DNA of 63,852 nucleotides, the filler included, from Microthyrium microscopicum (Eukaryota): NCBI GenBank assembly GCA_010405405.1. It is 17 parts of 6 records of this genome, joined end to end, with 100 filler letters (N's around TTAATTAATTAA, not from the genome) between each part and the next. Parts side by side here need not be neighbours in the genome. Positions count along the whole stretch, not along the records: positions 26,804 to 30,440 come from MU004235.1; positions 30,541 to 36,231 come from MU004235.1; positions 36,332 to 38,802 come from MU004235.1; positions 38,903 to 44,813 come from MU004237.1; 13 more parts are not named here. One strand, 5' to 3'. The position numbers and the translations under genes were made by a program. The notes beneath the pieces were generated by a model, which had not been told where the DNA came from, did no database searches, and saw only the letters and a list, made by a program, of their open reading frames with translations. Shown here piece after piece: positions 27,793 to 42,187 of this stretch. The stretch's first letter is position 1. Every line of letters begins with the position of its first letter.

Positions 27793-30008
27793 TAGTAATA
27801 AGATAACTAATAAGTAAGAATTTATTTACTTTATCTTAATATTAATAAGAATACTAACTTAATATTAAACTAATAAAAATCCTAATTTAGGTAGGTATTA
27901 GCTCCTTTAGAGCTATATTAGACTTTAATTATTCTCTTAATTTACTTAAAAAGTAGTTAGGGTCTAATATAAAAAGATAAAGACTTAAAAATACTAAGAG
28001 AAACTAAGGACTAAAGGTATAAATTAAAAAAAAAAATATAGACTTAAAGTAGACTTAGATATATCGTTAGTAAACTACCTCTTATAAGTAATAAGTTTAT
28101 AAGTATTATTAATTTATAAGTAAATTAGGAGTAGGACTAATCTATAGCTTAGCTAGAAGTAGGACTAATCTATAGCTTAGCTAGCTAAGGGAACTAAAAT
28201 TAAGAAAGAATTACTTAAGTTAATATATAATAGCTTACAAAATTAGACTTTTACTAAATAAGCTAAGTTACTTACGCTAATTAATAATAGTTAGTATTAA
28301 TTAATACCTATAAAAGTAAAAAGAATTTTAGTTATACTTATATTACTTCCTATTATAAAAAAAAGAAAAAGAGAGATAGCTATATTTCTATTCCTTAATA
28401 TTCTACTAAACTTTAATACCTAGCTTATTAAGGTTTAGTAAAATATATAAAGCCTATAAACGTACCTATCTTTCTTCTTCTTCTTTTTATAGTAGGAAGT
28501 AATATAAGTAAGACTAAGATTCTTTTTACTTTTATAAATATTAATTAATACTAACTATCTCCTAATTAACTTAAGTAACTTGGCTTATTTAGTAAAGGTC
28601 TAATCTTATAAGCTATTATATATTAACTTAAGTAATTCCTTCTTAATTTTAGTTTCATTATTCTATAGTAAGAAAATTAGTAACGAGATAACTAATAAGT
28701 AAGAGTTTATTTACTTTATCTTAATATTAATAAGAATACTAACTTAATATTAGACTAATAAAAATCTTAATTTAAGTAGGCATTAGCTCTTCTAGAGCTA
28801 TATTAGATCCTAATTATTCTCTTAGTTTACTTAAAGAATAGTTAGAGTCTAATATTAAAAGATAAAGACTTAAAAATACTAAAGGAAACTAAGAACTAAA
28901 AATATAAACTAAAAAAAAAATATAGACTTAAAGTAGACTTAGGTATATTATTAGTAAACTGTTCCTTATAAGTAATAAGTTTATAAGTACTATTAATTTA
29001 TAAGCAAATTAGGAGTAGAACTAATTTATAGGTTAAATAGAAGTAAGACTAATCTATAGTTTAGCTAACTAAAGGAACTAAAATTAAGAAGGAATTACTT
29101 AAGTTAATATATAATAGCTTATAAAATAAAACCTTTACTAGACTAGCTAAGTTGCTTATACTAATTAATAATAGTTAGTATTAATATCTATAAAAGTAAA
29201 AAGAATATTAGTTATACTTATATTACTCCTTACTATAAAAAAATAAAAAAGAGAAATAGCTACGTTCCTAACTATATATAATAATATAAGGATTCTTAAT
29301 ATAGAATTTAGATATACTAAAACGAAATAAGATCTTTTAGTAATATAATAAATAATATTATAATAAGATTCTATTTCTATTATAATATTATTTATTATAT
29401 TAGAAATAGAATCTTATTATAATATTATTTATTATATTACTAAAAGATCCTATTTTATTTTAGCGTATTTAAATCCTATATTAAGAGTTACTATATTATT
29501 ATATATACTATCTCTTAATATTCTACTAAATCTTAATACCTAGCTTATTAAGGTTTAGTAAGATATATAAAGCCTATAAATATAGCTATTCCTCTTTTTT
29601 ATCTTTTTATAGTAAAGAGTAATATAAGTAGAACTAATATTCTTTTTACTTTTATAAATATTAATACTAACTATTATTTATTAGCTTAAGCAACTTAGCT
29701 TATTTAGTAAAGGTCTAATTTTATAAGCTATTATATATTAACTTAAGTAATTCCTTCTTAATTTTAGTTTCGTTATTCTATATTATAATAAGAAAATTAG
29801 TAATAAGATAACTAATAGGTAAGAGTATATCTACTTCCTCTTAATATTAAAAAGAATACTAACTTAATATTAGACTAATAAAAACTCTAATTTAAGTAGG
29901 CATTAGCTCTTCTAGAGCTATATTAGACCCTAATTATTTTTTTAGTTTACCTAAAAAATAGTTAGAGACTAATATTAAAAGATAAAAACTTAAAAATACT
30001 AAAGGAAG
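27793..30008. repeat. Tandem array of ~885/1120-bp units, each containing a ~200-bp-arm foldback
   Basis: Block X starts at 27793, 28678 and 29798. Inverted arms at 28190-28392/28455-28656 and 29074-29270/29576-29771. Confidence 0.88.
29273..29507. mobile_element. ~235-bp near-perfect palindrome inserted in the foldback loop (MITE/foldback-like)
   Basis: Arms 29273-29379 and 29401-29507. Absent from the equivalent position (~28390) of the first unit. Confidence 0.65.
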
Positions 30009-31236
30009 TATATATAAGTTAGATTTAACTCTCTTTTACAGTATACTAGTTAGTAGTATATTATTTAGAATAGAAAGTAGATTAAAATTATAAGTTAATA
30101 TAATATATATAACTTTGCTTAGAGATTAATTAAAGAAATAGGTATAGTTAGTAATATACTATTATATAAAGAGAGGGGTACACTGCTCTTAATAAGATTA
30201 TATACTATATCTAACTTATAAAATAAAGCTTAAATGCTATAATATTACTAAGATAAACTATATACTTTTAAGAACTTTTTATTTTATTATTTAGAATTTA
30301 TAAATTATAAATATAGATTATTTTAAAGTAATCTTTAAGAAATACCTATAATATAAAGTTATAGTCTATTCTAAATATAGCTATATAGTTCTACTAATAT
30401 TATTTTCTAGATATATTAAAAAATACTATAAAAGCTTATTNNNNNNNNNNNNNNNNNNNNNNNNNNNNNNNNNNNNNNNNNNNNTTAATTAATTAANNNN
30501 NNNNNNNNNNNNNNNNNNNNNNNNNNNNNNNNNNNNNNNNTATTTACTTACTATATAACTTTAGTACTATATCTTACTAAATATTAATAACTTTTATAGT
30601 ATATTTTTATTCTAAGACTTATATTACTTCTTTAACGTTAATAAAGTTATATATACTAATTATAAAAGAATTTAGCTATTTAATTTTAATATATCCTAAT
30701 ATCTACTTATAACTACTAAGGTTACTTCTACTTAAAAGTACTATAAAAGTATATAAAATTACTTTTATCTTTACTAATATAAAGCTAAAAAAGAAATAGA
30801 TAATATATCTATACTTAGCTTATTAAGCTACTTATTTTCTATATCTTTTTACTATAGTAAAAAAATGTCCTCTATAAAGATTAACTTAGTAACCTTACTA
30901 CTACTAAGGTTACTAAAATATATAAAATTACCTCTATCTCTACTAATATAAGGCTAAAAAATAAATAGATAATATATCTATATTTAGCTTATTAAGCTAC
31001 TTATTTTCTATATCTTTTTACTATAGTAAAAAAATATTCTCTATAGGAATTAACTTAGTAACCTTATTACTACTAAGGTTACTAAAATATATAAAATTAC
31101 TTCTATTTCTATTAATATAAGGCTAAAAAATAAATAGATAATATATCTATACTTAGCTTATTAAGCTACTTATTTTCTATATTTTTTTATAATAGTAAAA
31201 AAAAACGTTCTTTATAAGAATTAAATAGATAACTCT

Positions 31237-31314
31237 ACTACGTATAGAATTTAAACTTATAATCTTAACTTTATATAATAGTAGAATTATATATTACTAT
31301 TACGCTAGTATAGT
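31237..31314 (-). ncRNA. tRNA-like cloverleaf relic (copy 2)
   Basis: Aligns without gaps to 15691-15768. Confidence 0.7.
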
Positions 31315-33759
31315 AAAATTTTAGACTAAATTATAGTACTAAAGTTAAAATAAATTTAGAGTTAGGGTTTATAGTTTTTAAATATATACTACTATATATT
31401 ACTACTACTAATATTTAGCTACTATCTACCTTAATTCTAGCTCTACTTAAATTCTCTTACCTAAAATTTACTTAGTAAAAATATACTAGAGTTAAAATAA
31501 ACCTAAGAAAATTTTCTAAAAAAATTCCTAGCTATTTACTTTAACTCCTAATATTAATATTTAGTATCTATTCTTAATACTAAAATCTAATATATACTAC
31601 TCCTAGCACCTAGCTCCTATTAGCTTTAACTACTAGTATATATATTTAATATTTACTTCTTAATTTAGCTTTTAGCTTCTAGCTCTAGCTTCTAGCTCTT
31701 TAACTTCTATATACGTTAACTCTTATTTACTTTAACTCTTATTTATCTTAACTCTTAATACTAATATATACTTAAGTATTTCCTTTTTTAGTATTATAGC
31801 TAGTTACTAAATTAAATTTAGTAGTACGTCTTAGTAATAAAGCTTAATATTAGTTAAGGTATTTTATTTTTAAAAGTATAAAAACTATACTTTATTCTAA
31901 TATTATTCTTTATTATTTCTAGATTAATTAATCTTATTTAGAGACTATTCTCTATATATAGAAATAAATAGGAAATAATATATTTAGTAGATATTTCCTA
32001 ACTATATATTAATCTTATTATAAAACTTAGATAGAGAGCTTAGAAGCATATTTATAAATAAATTAGCTTAAGTAAATAATATTTCTAATATTAATTTCTA
32101 TAAGGTTCTACTATTACTTTAAGTATAAAGATACTTATTAGTATCTATATATTTATCTATATTTACTTTAACTCCTAATACTAATATTTAATATTTCTTT
32201 CTAGTTTCTAGCTTCTATACTTATATATAAAGTTAACTATTATTCTTAAAGTAGTATTAGTTTACTATACTACTTATAAAAGTAATTATAGTATTATCTA
32301 TATACTAGCTAAGCTTAATATATATATTATTTATATTTATAGCTTCCTTCTTTACTTTTCTTATTCTATACTTTTCTCTTTTTCTTTTACTCTACTACTT
32401 TTATCCTTTTCTCTTCTACTCTCTACTCTTTATAATAGTTTATATTATAGTAATATATAAAATAAGTAAATAAGTAAGTTAATTTTATATAGAAAGTCTT
32501 ACTATATATACTAACTTATAAACCTTATTTTAGCTATATTACTATATTAAGTACTTAGTAAAACTTTATAGTTAAGGCTTTTAATATTATTAATTAGAAA
32601 GTAAGTATATAAAGTACTATAGTATATATACTAATAGTAAGATTTAATAATAGTATTTTCTATTTATATCTAGCTATTAATACTTATAATATAGCTATCT
32701 AGTTATATCTTTATAGTAAAACCTAATATAAATATAGCCTTATTTAGTTATAGTAGCTATATAATTAAAGTTATTACTAATATCCTTAATAATTAGTCTA
32801 AATAGTAGACATTCATAAGCTAGAGTTAGGTTAGTCTATATACAAAATGTTAGACTATTAAAAGTTTATATTTTTAGTAGAGAAATATCTTTATACCTTT
32901 ATAACTTCTCTAATACTTACTTAATAAATATACTCTAAAGCTTATATTATTTAAGTTAACGTTCTTTATTAAATATATATAATTTTATATAATATAGTAC
33001 TCTTATTAGGTAAATAGATTTAATAGTACAAAGTTAGGACTTAGTAAAAATTCTATTATTAAAATGCTACGTTAGGAAGACTTAGTAAAGTAACTTACTA
33101 ATAGAATATAACCTTTCCTTTAACTATTAGTAATAATACTTACTAAACTAATACCTAATAGTATAATACTACTCTATTTTATAGCTTTATATATTATTTA
33201 CTTATACTTACTCTATTTAAAGTTAACTCTCTATTTAATTCTAGTAGTCTTAGTAACTTACTCTAAAGAGCTCTTTAAAAACTATAATCTAGCTTTTTTA
33301 ATATTCCTTCTAGGCTATAGTTTTTAAGAAGCCTATAATAATATCTAGATTACTAATATACTACGCTATACTACGCTATACTATAATTAAGCTAAAAGTT
33401 AATAGTCTTAAATAAATATATTTATTCTATATACTATAGTTACTAACTATTATAATATAAGACTACTAAATAACTAGGTTATAGACTTTAGATAGCTTTT
33501 TAGTACCTTATTATAAGACTAGGATATAGTAATAATAAGTACTACCCTAATCTATTATAGTAAATATTAAATAATTTATATATACTAAAGAAGATAGTAT
33601 AGATAATAATTAAGATACAAAAGATAAAGGAAGAAGTATATTATTATAGGGTTTATTAGTTTTCCTAACCCTAGCTAAATCTTTACCTAACCTTAAACTA
33701 ATATATTACTAACTCTACTCTTTAATACTACTACTTTTTCCTACCTAGTAATTATAGAA

Positions 33760-34480
33760 ATATTATTCTTTTATATTCTTTAATAATAAACTCTATACAA
33801 AATAAAACTACCTATTCTACTATTAATTATACTAGTTAAAGACTTATAATAGCAATATACTACTTATAAAATATAGTAAAACTATAATAAATATATATAT
33901 AACTAATACTTTAATAAATTAGCCTTTAGAGGAATAAGTAAGTTTCTAAAAGAATTATAAGATATATTAAAGTAGACGCGCTTAATAGAGCTTAATATTA
34001 ATACTAATCTTATTATATTAACTAACTAAAGTAGCCTAAAATATATCCTAAAAAAACTTAAAGAGTTATTAAGTAATAAGCTCTTCTATCCTACTAATAA
34101 TACTACTCTATATATACTCTATATTTTTCTACTATATAAACCTTCTTTAGGTTTACTATACTTTTAGTATTAATACTACTTAAATATAAAGGCTTAGATT
34201 TATAAAGCATTAAGGCATATTAAGATATAGGAGTATAATAATAAGGATAAATTTACTAGTTTATATAAGATTAGTAAGTATATTAAAGTAGTTCCTATTA
34301 CCTAGTACAAAATTACTTTATATTATCTTTATATAATAACTATCTAGTAAATTATATTAGCTACGAAATTTAATATACCTTTACTATTTACTTACTATAT
34401 AACTTTAGTACTATATTTTATTAAATATTAATAACTTTTATAATATATCTTTATTCTAAGACTTATATTACCTTTTTAAT
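33760..34480 (+). pseudogene. ~240-codon ORF relic of unknown function in family A (3' part also at 14742-15260)
   Basis: A single frame with only RIP-type stops. No motif recognised. Confidence 0.35.
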
Positions 34481-35080
34481 ATTAATAAAGTTATATATAC
34501 TAATTATAGAGGAATTTAGCTATTTAATTTTAATATATCTTAATATCTACTTATAACTATTAAGGTTACCTTTACTTAAAAGTACTATAAAAGTATATAA
34601 AATTACTTCTATCTTTACTAATATAAGGCTAAAAAAGAAATAGATAATATATCTATACTTAGCTTATTAAGCTACTTATTTTCTATATCTTTTTACTATA
34701 GCAAAAAAATATTCTTTATAGAAATTAACTTAGTAACCTTACTACTACTAAGATTACTAAAATATATAAAATTACCTCTTATCTCTACTAATATAAGGCT
34801 AAAAAAGAAATAGATAATACATCTATATTTAGCTTATTAAGCTACTTATTTTCTATATCTTTTTACTATAGTAAAAAAATATCCTCTATAGAAATTAACC
34901 TAGTAACTTTACTACTACTAAGGTTACTAAAATATATAAAATTATCTCTATCTCTACTAATATAAGGCTAAAAAATAAATAGATAACGTATCTATACTTA
35001 GCTTATTAAGCTACTTATTTTCTATATCTTTCTATAATAGTAAAAAAAACGTCCTCTATAAGGATTAAATAAGTAACCTT

Positions 35081-35158
35081 ACTATACGTAAGATTTAAAT
35101 CTATAACCTTAACTTTATATAATAGTAGAGTTATATACTATTATTATACTAGCGTAAT
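35081..35158 (-). ncRNA. tRNA-like cloverleaf relic (copy 3)
   Basis: Aligns without gaps to 15691-15768. Confidence 0.7.
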
Positions 35159-36331
35159 GAAATTTTAAACTAAACTATAGTACTAAAGTTAGAATAAATT
35201 TAGAATTAGGGTTTATAGTTTTTAAATATATATTACTATATACTACTACTACTAATATTTAGTTACTATCTATCTTAATTCTAGCTCTATCTAAACTTTC
35301 CTACCTAAAATTTACTTAATAAAAATATACTAAAGTTAAAATAAACCTAAGAAAATTCCCTAAAAAAATTCCTAGTTATTTACTTTAACTCCTAATACTA
35401 ATATTTAGTATTTACTTTTAATATTAAAATCTAATATATACTACTCCTAGTACCTAGCTCCTATTAGCTTTAACTACTAGTATATATATTTAATATTTAC
35501 TTCCTAATCTAGCTCCTAGCTCCTAGCTCCTAGCTTCTAGCTCTTAGCTTCTAGCTCCTAGCTCCTAGCTTCTAGCTCCTAGCTCCTAGCTTCTAGTACT
35601 TTAACTTTTATATATATTAACTCCTATCTACCTTAACTCCTATCTACCTTAACTCCTAATACTAATACGTACTTAAGTACTTCTCCTTTTAGTATTATAG
35701 CTAGTTACTAAATTAAATTTAGTAGTATATTTTAGTAATAAAGCTTAATATTAGTTAAGGTATCTTATTTTTAAAAGTATAAGAACTATACTCTATTCTA
35801 ATATTATTCTTTATTATTTCTAGATTAATTAATTTTATTTAAAAACTATCTTTTATATCTAGAAATAAATAGGAGATAATATATTTAGTAAATATTTCCT
35901 AACGATATATTAATCTTATTATAAGACTTAGATAAAAAGCTTAGAGGTATATTTATAGATAAATTAGCTTAAGTAAATAATATTTTTAATATTAATTTCT
36001 ATAAAGTTCTATTATTATCTTAGGTATAAAAATACTTCCTAGTATCTATATATCTATCTATATTTACTTTAACTCCTAATACTAATATTTAATATTTCTT
36101 TCTAGTTTCTAGCTTTTATACTTATATATAAAGTTAACTATTATTCTTAAAGTAGTACTAGTTTATTATACTACTTATAAAGGTAATTATAGTATTATCT
36201 ACGTATTAGCTAAGCTTAATATATATATTACNNNNNNNNNNNNNNNNNNNNNNNNNNNNNNNNNNNNNNNNNNNNTTAATTAATTAANNNNNNNNNNNNN
36301 NNNNNNNNNNNNNNNNNNNNNNNNNNNNNNN

Positions 36332-38802
36332 AAAATATAAATATCTTATATACTAAATCTTTATCTTCTTCTTTTTATATCTACTAATACTTAATCTATA
36401 TTTATAATATTTATTATTATAAGCTTTATAAGTCCTTTATATAAAGCTTACTACTTATACGAAATAATAAAAAAGTAAATAGAAGAGTAAATAGAAGAGC
36501 TAATAAAAGAGTAAATATAGGCTAAACTAAATATACGTCTTAAAGAATTACTTAAATTTCGTAACTCTTTATAATTAATAATCTCGCTAGAGCTAATACT
36601 AGCTAATATAATAGTATAGGATATTAAATTATAGAAAGATTTTAATCCTAATAATATAGACTAGCTATATAACTTTATTTAAACGTTTATAATTCTATAT
36701 ATATATAGTTAATTTTCCTAACGTTTTATAACTAATAACGATAATAATAATAATAATAGTAATAATATTAATAGTAATAATAATAATAGTAATAAAGGTC
36801 TTAGGTACTTAGATACGTTAGATAAGGATAACTTAGACTTAGAAAACAATATAGACTTAGAGAGTTTAAGTTCTAATAAAGATTAGAGTTATAATTCTAA
36901 TAACTAATAGTTATTATAATTTAAGTTAAATTATAGGACAACATCTATACTTTAAATACTAAAGTAAATAGATAGATTTAAATTAAAATTAACGAATTTA
37001 ATATTTAACTTTTTTATTATATTTACTACTAATATAACTCTCTTTTGCTAATACTAACTTATAATAATAAGAATATAATAACTCACTATAGTAATAATTA
37101 TAATTAAGATATAAATAGATTAAGAATATATATAGAAATAATATTAGTATAAGTATAAATAATAATAATATATATAATATTAATAGTATTATTTAATAAA
37201 CTATACTTAAAAAGTTAACTAGACTAAATCTTTAGTACTCTAAACTCTTAGCTAACTCTAGGCTAACTCTAGGCTAATCTTAGGCTAACTCTTTATATAA
37301 GTAGGCTAAGATTTAAACTCTAGGCTAGTATTTAAACTTAGGCTAACCCTAGGCTAATCCTAGGCTAACCCTAAGCTAACTCTATATATAAGTAGACTAA
37401 TATTTAAACCTTAGGCTAATATTTAAACCCTAGGCTAGTATTTAAACTATATATTAATCTAAGCTAACTCTATACTAATCTTATACTAACTTAATATTTA
37501 GTATTAAGAATAGAATAGAAGATAATATATAGAAATAAGTTAAATTTCTTAAAAATATATATANNNNNNNNNNNNNNNNNNNNNNNNNNNNNNNNNNNNN
37601 NNNNNNNNNNNNNNNNNNNNNNNNNNNNNNNNNNNNNNNNNNNNNNNNNNNNNNNNNNNNNNNNNNNNNNNNNNNNNNNNNNNNNNNNNNNNNNNNNNNN
37701 NNNNNNNNNNNNNNNNNNNNNTAGATACTATAGTTAAATATTAGCAAAACTCTAATTACTATTAAAGACCTTTAAACTCTTAAACTGCTTAATTAGCTTA
37801 ATAACGAAATTATTAATAGCTTCCTTACTAAGCTTTATAAAAAAGCTAAGTCTAAACTTGCTAAATAAATAAAAATAGTAAGAACCTTAATTAAAGATAA
37901 TATTCTATAATATTATATACTTAATATCTATTAGTTCTATAAGATATAATAACGAGATAATATTAAAAAGATTACTTATTAAACAAAGTACTAAAAAATT
38001 AGTAGAAAGAATCTTCTTAGCGTTTATAAACTCTTTATTCTAATTTATTAAGATAGTTACTAGACCCTACTAACTATTCTTCTTTAACGACGTTAAGTAC
38101 GTTAGTATGACTCCTTATTTACTAGCAAAGGACCTATTCTTACTTTAGCTAAAGAAATACTTTAATATAAGTTAAATAACGCTTAGGACGAGAGTAAATA
38201 GATATTTAAGAAAGTAGAGAATAGTTATTAATAAAACTCTTTAGATTATAGCGCCTTTACCCTTATAAATACTTAGGCTACCTTCTATACTAATAACCTA
38301 TCTAATATTCTTCCTAACTAATATAGCAAAGTAATATAATAACTAATTAGTTTAATTATCTTTTATAATAGCTTAAAAGGCAACTTTAACTTAGAGGCCT
38401 AGTATAGTAGCTTTTATCTAAAAACTCTATAAAATATTTCTAACTATCTTTCTTATAGAGTATAATATTAGTAGAGAGCTTATCTACTATAGAGGATAGC
38501 CTATTTTCTTCTTAATCTAATATACTCTTCTTATTAATATATATATATTCTTAACTAAAAATTATCTTCTTATTAATAATATAATCTTTTACTATTACTA
38601 GTTCCTATTATTAGTAATATATTTTATTATTATAAATACATTCTATCGTTATAAATATAGCCTCTTATTAAAGATATATTAAAAAGACTAATAGCTATAG
38701 CTTAATCTACTTTAGTAATAATTACTATATATAAGCTAGTATAGGACGAGGAAGTTACTATTAACCCTAGTTTCTTAGTATAGATTAAGAAGAACTAGCT
38801 AG
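36332..38802 (+). mobile_element. Family A fragment (least RIPed Ulp1 copy)
   Basis: Colinear with 18645-21151 and extends beyond it. Confidence 0.88.
37755..38537 (+). pseudogene. Ulp1-like SUMO protease (peptidase C48) catalytic domain relic
   Basis: All in one frame: (W)LN(D)EIIN at 37794; KIGGKNLL..LFIPIHQGS(H)(W)TL with His codon at 38058; YDSL at 38106; QQNSSD(C)(G)AF with Asp at 38244; C-terminal RRLIGSII.CGGLKGNF. This is the His-Asp-Cys order of clan CE. Confidence 0.88.
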
Positions 38803-38902
38803 NNNNNNNNNNNNNNNNNNNNNNNNNNNNNNNNNNNNNNNNNNNNTTAATTAATTAANNNNNNNNNNNNNNNNNNNNNNNNNNNNNNNNNNNNNNNNNN
38901 NN

Positions 38903-40040
38903 ATCTTCCTATTTAAAGTCTACTTTATCTTTAGTATTAGCGGTAGTAATAAAACTAGCACTAAGATAAGAAGTATTTCCTAATTTAGAAATATAACCGT
39001 CTAGAGCCGTTTTAAAAGCTACTAGTTTAGGCTTTGCTAGAGCCTATTTTTCTGCCTAAAAAAATTTAGCTAAAGTATTAAAATTAATAATAATTAGTAA
39101 CTTATAATATAAGCTACATGCTTAATAGCGTTAGCTGCTATTTTAGCTTTTTTAATAGCCTAATTATTTGCTACTTTAGCTAAGTGCTTTTGTTATGATT
39201 TAGCTCTAAAAGCTACTCTTTTAGCTTTTATAGCTTCTTTTTTAGTAGCTTTTTAGTCTAAATGCTTTTTAGTAAGTATACGAAAAGCTTCCTAAACAGT
39301 TAGTTCTTAGGGCCTAAAAATAGGGCTTTTAGGACGTCTATTATTTATTAGATATTAATTAATAAAATAATAGAATATAACTTACCTTTAGGGCTCAAAA
39401 TAAGCACTTGTAGGAGGAGAAGATAGTTTGTAACTAGGGCTTGAAGGAGATCTATTTAATAATTAGTTATTAATTAATTAATTAATAAAATAAAGGAATA
39501 TTACTTACTTTGTAGCTTCTAGATACCTTTCAAGTTACTTTTTAAAGGCTGGTTTTAGCCCTAACTAATTCGTACTTAATACTAGTATATTAATTATTTA
39601 TTAATAACCCATACTAGTCTAAATTAAGATAGTAGTAGATAGAATAGGTATAGTAGTATCCGCTTAATTATATAGGAAGGTATAATTTATATTAATCTTA
39701 CGTACTTCTAGAACGTAATATACGGTAAAAGTATAATTAAGATTAATTCCTTAGTAAAGTAGGTTGTTTTTAATACTAAAAAAGATATGTTTAAGTTTCT
39801 ATTCGTCTATAAAGAAGACTATATAGCCTAAATAAGGGCTATTAATGGCGCTATCCCTTTTTAGGATAAAGATTTTAAGATTAGATATTCTTTTATTTAA
39901 AATTAAGGCATTTTGATAGCCTAAAAACTTATTTTAAAATCTCTAAGCTTTAGCGAGCTACTTACGTAAGAAAGAACGCTCTATTAATATTAGTATTAGT
40001 TATATAAAGGGTTTAGTTACTTATTAATAAGTTCTATTGC
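38903..40040 (-). pseudogene. Intron-containing gene relic with K/A-rich basic exon, divergent from the hAT transposase
   Basis: Minus-strand GTAAGT...CTAA...AG introns. The exon at ~39130-39340 reads RRPKSPIFRPRELTVQEAFRMLAEKHLDQKAAKKEA. Confidence 0.4.
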
Positions 40041-40104
40041 GTAGGGGTCTAGCTAAGGTATTCTAATTTAAAAAGTTAATAAAAGTAAAAAATAAAAAAA
40101 TCTT

Positions 40105-41748
40105 TATAAAAATTAAAATAACTTATAAACTAGGCTAAGATAGGCTAGATAAAGACTATAGCTAGAAAGAGGAGGAAAAAAGGATATAAAAATAATATCT
40201 TTTAAATGCTAGCTATAGCTAGAAACTAAAAAGATAAAACTTTAATAATTTAAGAAAGAAGAATTAAAAGAGAGGGAAGGGCAACTTATATAGAGATTTT
40301 AGATTAGACTAACTATATTCTAATTAGTTTAACTATATTCTGAGCTAGATTATAGTTAATCTAATCTAAAATCTCTATATAAGGTGCTCTTCCCTCTCTT
40401 TTAATTCTTTTTTCTTAAATTTTATAAAAAAATTACTTTTTAGAAATATATTCTAAAGTACTACTACTCTTAACTAGTTTATATATTATTACCCTTTTAG
40501 GGTATATATCCTTACTTTTTTTATAAGTTTTTCTAATAAGTTTTTTTTACTTTTTTTACTTTTTTTAACTAACTTTTTTTTAGTTATTTAGTATATTATT
40601 AAGCAATCTCTACTTTTTATTTCTATTTCTAGAAGTATAGAAAACACTTTTTTAAAGCTTTTTATAGCTTTTTTTAGTAAGTTTATTTTTACTTTTTTTT
40701 ACTTTTTTTACTATATTCTAATATTTAACTTAGGCTTCTTTTCTAGTAGTATTTCTACTTTATACTTTTAGTATTACTATTAGTAGTAAGTTATTTATTT
40801 ATATTTTAGAAATATTTTACTAACTTTTATAATTTAGTTTATTACTATTTTTATTAGAGATTATATTTATATTTTCTCTAATATTTCTTTATTCTATTTA
40901 AGATTTATCTTTATAGTATATNNNNNNNNNNTATAAAAATTAAAATAACTTATAAACTAGGCTAAGATAGGCTAGATAAAGACTATAGCTAGAAAGAGGA
41001 GGAAAAAAGGATATAAAAATAATATCTTTTAAATGCTAGCTATAGCTAGAAACTAAAAAGATAAAACTTTAATAATTTAAGAAAGAAGAATTAAAAGAGA
41101 GGGAAGGGCAACTTATATAGAGATTTTAGATTAGACTAACTATATTCTAATTAGTTTAACTATATTCTGAGCTAGATTATAGTTAATCTAATCTAAAATC
41201 TCTATATAAGGTGCTCTTCCCTCTCTTTTAATTCTTTTTTCTTAAATTTTATAAAAAAATTACTTTTTAGAAATATATTCTAAAGTACTACTACTCTTAA
41301 CTAGTTTATATATTATTACCCTTTTAGGGTATATATCCTTACTTTTTTTATAAGTTTTTCTAATAAGTTTTTTTTACTTTTTTTACTTTTTTTAACTAAC
41401 TTTTTTTTAGTTATTTAGTATATTATTAAGCAATCTCTACTTTTTATTTCTATTTCTAGAAGTATAGAAAACACTTTTTTAAAGCTTTTTATAGCTTTTT
41501 TTAGTAAGTTTATTTTTACTTTTTTTTACTTTTTTTACTATATTCTAATATTTAACTTAGGCTTCTTTTCTAGTAGTATTTCTACTTTATACTTTTAGTA
41601 TTACTATTAGTAGTAAGTTATTTATTTATATTTTAGAAATATTTTACTAACTTTTATAATTTAGTTTATTACTATTTTTATTAGAGATTATATTTATATT
41701 TTCTCTAATATTTCTTTATTCTATTTAAGATTTATCTTTATAGTATAT
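40105..41748. other. 817-bp apparently identical duplication flanking a 10-N gap (unmerged contig overlap)
   Basis: 40105-40921 = 40932-41748, with no differences seen. Confidence 0.85.
40247..40421. repeat. Inverted repeat with ~70-bp arms, each containing a TATATAAG-like box facing outward (artefactual second copy at 41074-41248)
   Basis: aattaaaagagagggaagggcaacttatatagagattttagattag pairs with ctaatctaaaatctctatataaggtgctcttccctctcttttaatt. Confidence 0.85.
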
Positions 41749-42187
41749 TCTATACGCTATTCGTTATTATTTAGCTAAAATAAAGTTTAAAAGCTATTAT
41801 TATTCTATAATATAGTTTTTATTTCTTAATTTCTACTTAAGTTTTCTATAACTTAGTTATTTATTAGCTATTTTATAGATTCTTTATTATCTTAATCTAT
41901 CTTTATAGTATTCTCTAGTTTACTAGAGTTATTATATTATATCTTTCTATATTCTATATAGATTTATATTAAAAAACTAAAAAATTAAAAAATAGTAAAA
42001 AAATATTTCTTTTCTATTTTTATTTACTTCTTACTTAGTTGTACTATTTAAGACTAGTAAAATTTGTACTATCTACTTTTATATATTTTTAATAGATCTA
42101 TTAATTTAGAATTCCTTATCTAGCTCTAGATTTTAATCTAGAAATAAAAGAAGTACCTAGATTTATATTCTCTTTTTAATTTATAAA

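Larger units (their letters stand above)
30541..36231 (+). mobile_element. Two head-to-tail family A segments (period 3844 bp; junction ~32800)
   Basis: 30541 onward matches 34385 onward and 15165 onward. Similarity to the 14742 copy stops at ~32800 (equivalent to ~17202). Confidence 0.85.

Noticed and set aside
34600..35050. Hammerhead ribozyme repeats in the 169-bp units
   Set aside because: A CUGAUGA/GAAA core with correct stems could not be reconstructed, even allowing for RIP.
40105..41748. Recent 817-bp tandem duplication
   Set aside because: Identical copies flank a 10-N gap in otherwise RIP-divergent DNA, which points to an unmerged overlap.
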